From Prorocentrum cordatum (lineage: Eukaryota), in the NCBI GenBank assembly GCA_963575745.1, contig CAUYUJ010000114.1:1488001-1515612 (forward strand): a DNA stretch of 27,612 nucleotides, in the 5' to 3' direction. Below are positions 20,903 through 27,612 of the stretch, piece by piece. The notes below the pieces were generated by a model. The model was not told the origin of the DNA. It made no database searches and saw only the letters and a program-made list of their open reading frames with translations. Positions within the stretch are counted from its first letter, which is position 1. Each line of letters starts with the position of its first letter. A program made the position numbers and the translations under genes.

Positions 20903-23605
20903 CGCGAGCCTCTGTAGAGGCTGACCTGCAGCTTGAGCTGCCACAGCGGGAAGCCCGTTCGCACCGCCGCCTGGATGAGGCGCCCGTGCTGCACCTGCTC
21001 GTACGCCTTGAGCAGGTCGAGCAGCACCAGCGCTGACACCCAGCTAGAGGCGTCACCCGCCTCACGCCCCTTCGCCGAGGCCCACTCGCACTCTACCGCC
21101 TGCTGCCACACCGCCCTCTCGCAGCCCTTGCCTCTGGACGCCCAGAAGTAGGGGCGGTCGTTCCTGCGCTCCCAGGCGTCCGCCAGCGGCTTGCGCAGCC
21201 TCGCCTGGACCCTGGCCACCACGTGGATGATGGCCACAGGGCGAACGCCCCCGAGCCGCTTAGCCAAGAACACGATCTTGGTGTGCAGCTGCGGCCACTC
21301 CGCCATCTGCTCCACGGCCATCAGCAGGTCGATCAGAGCCTCTAGCCCCTCGCTGCTGAGCTCGAGGAGCTGCCTGGGCTTGATGGCCTCGAAGCCCGAG
21401 GCCGTGTCCTTCTTGAAGGAGCGGAGGCAGCGGCGCAGGTCCTCCACGGACGGCCGCGGAGGCCGTTCGCCCAGATCTGAGGGCCACTGCAGCTCGGCGT
21501 GGTCGCACTCGATCCTCCAGTGCTTGCCCCACTCGGCCTCGAGGAGTTCGATCTCCTTGCCGAGGCCTGCGGGGCCCGAGCTGCCACTGCAAGTGCTGCT
21601 CTGCCATCCTACTGGCACCCGAGTGACGGCGTGCAGCCCTGCTGCTCCTCCCTTGAGCTGCTTACCCACCCACTCGTCAAAGCGCTTGCCTCGCTCGGCA
21701 AGATCTCGTTGGGCTAGCTCGCTGGCATGCCGCTTGGCGAGGTCAGCCATATGTGCCAGCGCGAACGGGTCCCACAGCGCCACCGCGCCGTACAGCAGGA
21801 AGCCGTGCCATCTGCCTGCCACTGCACCGCAGCTGGCCACACTGCCCTCAGCCTCCTCAACCTCATCCTCCTCCTGCAGCGTCCGAACCCGCTGCGGCGC
21901 GCGAGCCGCGAGCGCAGGCAAGTACCCGAGCGCCTCCTGCCTGGCGCGTGGCGCGCCCACCTTGGAGGCGGCGCGCAGCGCGTTGGCCACCCTGGCCACC
22001 CACGCCGCCTCAGGGGTAAGCCTCGGCGACCTCGCCTGCTGCACCCCGCTCTTGACGACGACCTTGGTGGAGAAGCCTTCAGCTCTACCAGAATACCTGT
22101 CGCGCTCCTCCCCCAGCTGGTACACGTCGATCCACTCCTCCTCCGCGCACTGGAGGAAGGCGCCCAGGGCCATGCTGAGGCCCTCCTTGACCTTCTCCTC
22201 GTCGCATCCTCCTCCTGCTGGCACGCACTTCCCGCCAAGGAGGCGGTCGGCTGGCTCCTCCAGCCCTCTCCACGGGCTCCGCCGCGCCTCTGGTCTGGTC
22301 CTCAGGCGTGCTCCTCGCCCCCCGCTCCCGTGCTCCTCAGGCGTGCTCCCCAGGCGTGGCCCCTCAGTTTTAACCCTCGAGAGCCCTCGTGGGGTTGTTT
22401 TTTCTTGGGCCTGTGCCTCTCGTGGCTGCTTGGGCCCAGGCTCTCGCCGACGAGGCGTGCTCCTCGCCTCCCCACGAGGCCCAGCTTCCTCAGGCTCCTG
22501 CAGCAAGCCGCATCCTCGCACTGCCTCCTGCCACTGCTCGTCCAGCTGCCCGCAAAGCTGGCCAAGGCTGACCGCCGAAGCCGCGGTGGCCAGCGCAGGG
22601 GGCGGCGCGAGCACACTGCGGCAGCCTGCGAGGCGGCCCAGCCCCAAGGCGGCATCAGCACCAGCAGCCACCTCACCAGCACCAGCCTCCTCGCAGCAGC
22701 CTGCCGCGCTCCCTCCAGCAAGCCCCGCCGGTCGGACCTGTGGCTGGGGCTCCGGGTGTGACTGCACATCCCGCGCGTCCACCTCTTCCACTCCAGGATG
22801 GCTGCCGCAATTTATCCCAGGCTGCGGCCAACTGGCAGACCCAGTGCATGTGCCTTGGGGGCCCGCTCCCAACGGGACTGGGCCCCCCAGGCTGCAGCCC
22901 GCGCCTGCCTCAACCTCCTCGTCCACGAAGTCCACCATCGGCCTGAGGAGCCTCCTCATCTCCTGCCGACTCCGCTTCCATCTGCCCACGTGGTCGTACT
23001 CGCAGCACCCCAAGGGCCTCAGGACAGGGAAGGGCTTCGGCGCCTGCGCCACGCGGAAGGGCGCACGGGGCCCCGTCGCGCCGACCTTGACAAGGACAGG
23101 GGAGTGCGGGTAGACGGGCGACGCAGGCACCACGCTGACCTCGCACGCCCTCAAGCCCTTGGACACCAGGAAGAAGTCGATGACCCTCCCCGACGATGCG
23201 CACGTAGGAGTCGAAGGACGAACCACCACCGCATCAAACATGGCGAGCATACCTCCGTCCCTCAGCTCCTCCTCCGTGAGGTTAAAATCACCACCAACCA
23301 GGTACTCCTTCTGGTACTGCTTGAGCCTCCTCGCCAGCAGCGTGAGCGCCTGCACGTTACTCGCGTTCAGGCCGACCCCCGCCTCGAGGTAGACGTTGCC
23401 GAGAAGCACACCGCCTCTCCTCACCCCTGCGACCCAGCAGACGTGAACTCTGCCTGGGACGACCACGGCACCCATCGGGTCGTCCACCTCCGCCATCCCA
23501 TAGGCGGTCCGAACCATGGAGAACAGTCCTCCAGAGCTGAGCCCTCCTGCCGACGACGGGACGGCTGGCGTGCCGCGCGCCCGCCATCCCTGGGCTCGAA
23601 GCCGC
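20903..23605 (-). pseudogene. LINE ORF2 5' part: N-terminally incomplete APE endonuclease (~23085-23605), long linker, RT N-half
   Basis: ORF 20638..23733 translation; the conserved N-terminal Asn and QE motifs of APE are not visible. Confidence 0.85.
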
Positions 23606-24174
23606 TGTGCGGAGCCGCTTGGCCTCCGACCCCGCCTGCTCCTCCCTGAGCACCTCGGCGAACTTCCGCTTCTCGGGGTCCTCCATCTCCATGGCGAGCT
23701 CGCGCCAGGCCTGGTCCACCCCAGTCGCCCCATTGTGCTCCTCCTGCCGCTGGCTCGCCCGCCGCGGCTGCAGGAGCGGGCGCCACGCTAGCGGCCGCAG
23801 CTGCAGGGGCATGAGCCGCACCACCAGCACCCACGTCCTCCTGCTGCCGCGGAAGCCCAGCAGCAGCCGCCTCAGGTGCCGCCTGGCTGGCGTGGCTGTC
23901 CAGAATCTCGCCCAGCGCCCCGCCAAGCTTGACCACCAGCTCAGGCGCCTCTGCCGCGTGGCTGGCGAGCTCCGCGGCAATCGCTGCCCGCAGCCCAGCC
24001 GACACGGCCGTGGGGGCCGCCGCAGCTGGCGCCTTCGGCTTCGCCGTCTCCGCCTCGGACTGCTTCGCGGCTTGGGCTGCCACGGCCGCCTTGGCCTGCA
24101 CCGTGGCCTCCTCCAGCTCGCGCCGCAGCTGCACCAGCTTTTCCCCCAGCTCCGCCATCTCAGCGACAGCGCGA
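23590..24174 (-). pseudogene. Probable C-terminal remnant of LINE ORF1 (coiled-coil, Ala-rich), frameshift near 23750
   Basis: AELGEKLVQLRRELEEATVQAK... then, in a shifted frame, DQAWRELAMEMEDPEKRKFAEVLREEQ; lies immediately upstream of the endonuclease. Confidence 0.55.
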
Positions 24175-24365
24175 GAGGAGGAGGAGGAGGAGGAGGAGGA
24201 GGAGGAGGAGGAGGAGGAGCAGGAAGAGGAGGGGGAGGGGGAGGAGGAGGAGGAGGAGGGGAGGAAGGAGGAGGAGGGAGGAGGAGAGGGGGAGGAGCAA
24301 GGAGGAGGGAGGATGGAGGAGGAGGGAGGGGAGGAGGAAGGAGGAGACGGAGGAGGAGGAGGAGG
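24175..24365. repeat. (GGA)n tract at the LINE 5' junction
   Basis: Read directly. Confidence 0.95.
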
Positions 24366-24525
24366 GGCGCCCGCGGCGCGCAAAGATACCGCCCCAGCCT
24401 GCCACGGGCCCCCGGTCGGCGGACGGCCCCGAGAGCCCGAGGGGTCGGGGCGAGCGGCGCGGCGCGGGGCCCGTGGCCCGGCCCCCGCACCCCCCACTGG
24501 TGGGCCAATGTGCCTCCACCGCTGC

Positions 24526-24703
24526 CACACACAAATAGATACACACAAATAGATGCACACACACACATAGATACACACACAGATAGATACACACAAATAG
24601 ATACACAAATAGATACACAAATAGACACACAACAACACATAGATACACACAAATGGATACACCAATAGATACACACACACAGACACACAGATAACACAAA
24701 TAG
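24526..24703. repeat. 12-16-bp minisatellite ACAC(AC)AAATAGAT
   Basis: About 11 variable units. Confidence 0.9.
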
Positions 24704-24705
24704 GT

Positions 24706-24867
24706 GGAGAGGCCCAAGGACACACAAAGAGATCTACACAACTGACAGGATCCCCCATAGTGTCCAATAGCTTCTGGGTCTTCGTCTTCCCCCCCGCTGC
24801 GTTTAGTTTCCCATGTTTTCCTGGGAGTCGACGATTAATTCTGTCTGTGTGTTTTTCCCCCTCCTGA
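24706..24867 (+). mobile_element. Dispersed repeat family C, copy 2
   Basis: Homologous to 16372-16539, same orientation. Confidence 0.65.
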
Positions 24868-24890
24868 TAGGTTAGGGCAGGGGGAGACAG

Positions 24891-25012
24891 GAGAATGGAG
24901 AGGTCCTCCTGCTCCGGCGGAGCGTTTCTGGAGCACGCCGAAGTGCTTCGAGCACGACTGCTGCTTCTCAGGGGAACTTCCCGGGGCATGCCTGCTCCCC
25001 CTCGCCATTCTC
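24891..25012. mobile_element. Possible MITE F (13-bp TIR GAGAATGG[A/C]GAGG)
   Basis: gagaatggagagg / cctcgccattctc; single copy, no TSD seen. Confidence 0.35.
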
Positions 25013-25449
<437 letters not shown>

Positions 25450-25509
25450 GCTCCCTCTCCTGCATATGGTCAGCGGTCGTGGATGACAGCGGCCCATCAC
25501 CCACTGGTC

Positions 25510-25734
25510 CACTGTGTTAGGACGCAACTACTGGGAGGTTTTCGTCGGAAAGATTACGGAAGATTAAGCCCCATTTGGGAGCTCTTACGCCGGAGTGAGC
25601 CTCGGATTCAGCGGGAAAAAGCCGGACTAAGCGGGATTAAGCGGGATTCAGCGGGATTCAGCGGGATCAAGCCCGATTTCGGACCAGGGCGAAAACAGAC
25701 TTTGACCTCCCAGGAGTTGCATCCGAACGCGGTG
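25510..25734. mobile_element. MITE-like element E (30-bp TIR CACYGYGTTMGGAYGCAACTMCTGGGAGGT; internal 10-bp AGCGGGATT[C/A] repeats)
   Basis: 25/30 TIR match by eye; no TSD seen. Confidence 0.7.
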
Positions 25735-25777
25735 CGATGACGTGAACCCTGCTTGCCCAAGGTTGAGCAAGGCAGAC

Positions 25778-25968
25778 CGTCCCGGCATTCCTATAGTCAT
25801 ACCACGAAATGTTCTTAGAACCCAAAAATGTTCTAAGACCAAAAACACTGTTGTTAGAACATCAACCCGATGTGTTAAAACAAGACAGTCCCAGCCAGAA
25901 AGCATTTCGTGGAAACCACACAAAGTTCTTAGAACATTGTTTGGTAGGGCTATAGGCGAGCCAGGACG
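25778..25968. mobile_element. MITE-like element D (~44-bp imperfect TIR; internal GTTCT[T]AGAAC-like palindromes)
   Basis: cgtcccggc...cctatagtcataccacgaaatgttcttagaac versus reverse complement cgtcctggc...cctatagccctaccaaacaatgttctaagaac; no TSD seen. Confidence 0.7.
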
Positions 25969-26131
25969 CTTCGCCACTGCCTGCCCCGGGGGGTGGCGAC
26001 GCGCACCGCCGCCAGCTGGCTGCGCGCGCGGCACACCCGGAGGCCACGCGCGGGGCCCCTCGGGCAGCAGCATGGCCCGCACGGCCATCGAAGGCCGAGC
26101 GCTGGGTGGAGCCGTGTGGCCACACGTGTGT

Positions 26132-26289
26132 TTACCAGCCTCGAGCTTATCCCTATCCCTAAGATTGACACGCCAAAAGGCGATGACAATCTCAGGGGTG
26201 CGCCCTCAAAAAATCAGGGGCCCCCTAAGATTGGCATCGTGATGAGGAGATGCTCAGCACAGGGATAGGGATATGTTCCAGGCTGGTAG
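26132..26289 (+). mobile_element. MITE family B, copy 2 (28-bp TIR, TSD TGTGT)
   Basis: taccagcctcgagcttatccctatccct versus reverse complement taccagcctggaacatatccctatccct; tgtgt on both flanks. Confidence 0.85.
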
Positions 26290-26418
26290 TGTGTGCCCAG
26301 CTCCCGCCCGGGCCGGCTGCGCCCTGCGTGCCCGGCTTCCCCTGGTGCCCCCGCAGGCCAGCTCCCCGAAGCGCTGGCGGGGCTCAGGACTCGGAGGAGG
26401 CCTGCAGCCAAGCGAGCC

Positions 26419-26549
26419 CTCGCCATCGCTCGGACGTCCATTCCCTGCGCTTTTTTCGATTTCGTGCGTGGTGTTTTCGCCAAATGGTCGAGGATGCTCC
26501 TCGATGGTCCTCGCCGAAGAAAAAATGCACACGTCCGAGCGATGCCGAG
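26419..26549 (+). mobile_element. MITE family A, copy 4 (TSD AGCC)
   Basis: 19-bp TIR flanked by agcc/agcc. Confidence 0.9.
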
Positions 26550-26729
26550 AGCCCAGGTGGGGGCACCGGGGCGTCCGACGCTGTGGCTGCTCCGATGCGC
26601 GGCCACGGTTCTCGAACCATGCCCAGCGGGCAGTCTTCGGCTCCACGCAGGAGTGACCCCACGCGGGCAAGAGTGGCCTGTGGTGCGCGGCTCAACGGGG
26701 GACGCGGGGTGGCCAAACGTGTTATTTCC

Positions 26730-27612
26730 CCGCCGAATGATCCAGGATGCTCCTCGAGGGTCCTCGCCGAAGGAAACATGCGCACGTCCGAGCGATGCCA
26801 AGTGAAGGTCACTCCAGCGGAAGGTCACTCGCACCCCCCGTCGGAGCCTTCGCCCCGGATCCACCCTCGATGGCCCCAGGGCACTCGCCATCGCTCGGAC
26901 GTCCATTCCCTGTGTTTTGTTCGGGTTCGTGCGTGTGTTTTTTCCGCCGAATGATCCAGGATGCTCCTCGAGGGTCCTCGCCGAAGGAAACATGCGCACG
27001 TCCGAGCGATGCCAAGTGAAGGTCACTCCAGCGGAAGGTCACTCGCACCCCCCGTCGGAGCCTTTGCCCCGGATCCACCCTCGATGGCCCCCGGGCACTC
27101 GCCATCTCTCGGACGTCCATTCCCTGTGATTTGTTCGGGTTCGTGCGTGTGTTTTTCCGCCGAATGATCCAGGATGCTCCTCGAGGGTCCTCGCCGAAGG
27201 AAACATGCGCACGTCCGAGCGATGCCAAGTGAAGGTCACTCCAGCGGAAGGTCACTCGCACCCCCCGTCGGAGCCTTCGCCCCGGACGTCCATTCCCTGT
27301 GTTTTGTTCGGGTTCGTGCGTGTGTTTTTTCCGCCGAATGATCCAGGATGCTCCTCGAGGGTCCTCGCCGAAGGAAACATGCGCACGTCCGAGCGATGCC
27401 AAGTGAAGGTCACTCCAGCGGAAGGTCACTCGCACCCCCCGTCGGAGCCTTTGCCCCGGATCCACCCTCGATGGCCCCGGGGCACTCGCCATCGCTCGGA
27501 CGTCCATTCCTTATGTTTTGTTCGAGTTCGTGCGTGTGTTTTTTCCGCCGAATGATCCAGGATGCTCCTCGAGGGTCCTCGCCGAGGGAAACATGCGCAC
27601 GTCCGAGCGATG
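26730..27612 (+). repeat. Tandem satellite of ~214-bp units (family A element plus ~81-bp linker), running off the window
   Basis: gatgcc anchors at 26794, 27008, 27221, 27395, 27609 (periods 214, 213, 174, 214); units nearly identical. Confidence 0.95.

Larger units (their letters stand above)
17474..24174 (-). mobile_element. Non-LTR retrotransposon (LINE), APE-RT-RNase H type, 5'-truncated
   Basis: APE motifs NVYL, GDFN (23281-23292), IDFF, PHSP. RT motifs SGFEAI, WP, LAK..GGVRPV, LDLLKAYEQV, VLPGD, VVDD (20682-20693), NLGV. RNase H motifs DGS/GE/DS/PAH/GN..AD. Boundaries set by the flanking (GGA)n tracts. Confidence 0.95.

Noticed and set aside
17578..23649. Long plus-strand ORFs (471, 497, 640 aa and others)
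   Set aside because: Antisense shadows of the GC3-rich LINE ORF2 with no recognisable motifs
16372..24867. Family C copies as LTRs around the RT element
   Set aside because: Copies are clearly diverged, separated from the element by other DNA, lack TG...CA ends, and the element has an APE endonuclease and no integrase
26214..27555. ORFs across family A copies and the array
   Set aside because: Repetitive translations of a non-coding repeat, with frames not conserved between copies
26730..27612. CRISPR array or hammerhead-ribozyme interpretation of the tandem array
   Set aside because: Linkers are near-identical rather than unique spacers, no cas genes are present, and no CTGANGA...GAAA core was found on either strand

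Overview
GC-rich, repeat-dense eukaryotic DNA with one 100-N gap (2267-2366). The AG|GC donor and AG|G acceptor exon candidates, long trinucleotide microsatellites and the type of LINE suggest a dinoflagellate genome (inference, not proven). Main contents: (1) a ~6.7-kb, 5'-truncated minus-strand non-LTR retrotransposon (ORF1 remnant, then APE endonuclease-RT-Zn knuckle-RNase H-Zn finger) between two (GGA)n tracts. Its RT frameshift is caused by a 55-nt tandem duplication that reads GT...AG and would restore the frame if spliced. (2) At least six or seven unrelated families of 100-225-bp terminal-inverted-repeat (TIR) mini-elements. Family A (19-bp TIR, a different 4-bp target-site duplication [TSD] at each of 4 dispersed copies, conserved nested hairpin) has also become a ~214-bp tandem satellite at the window end, and every multi-copy family is internally co-oriented. 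(3) Candidate exons of a Pro/Ala-rich minus-strand host gene. (4) An intronless frameshifted ORF with a 75-aa internal repeat. (5) A ~2.4-kb degenerate fold-back structure and several unusual micro/minisatellites. No tRNA, rRNA or CRISPR array was seen. All alignments were made by eye; no database search or folding program was run.
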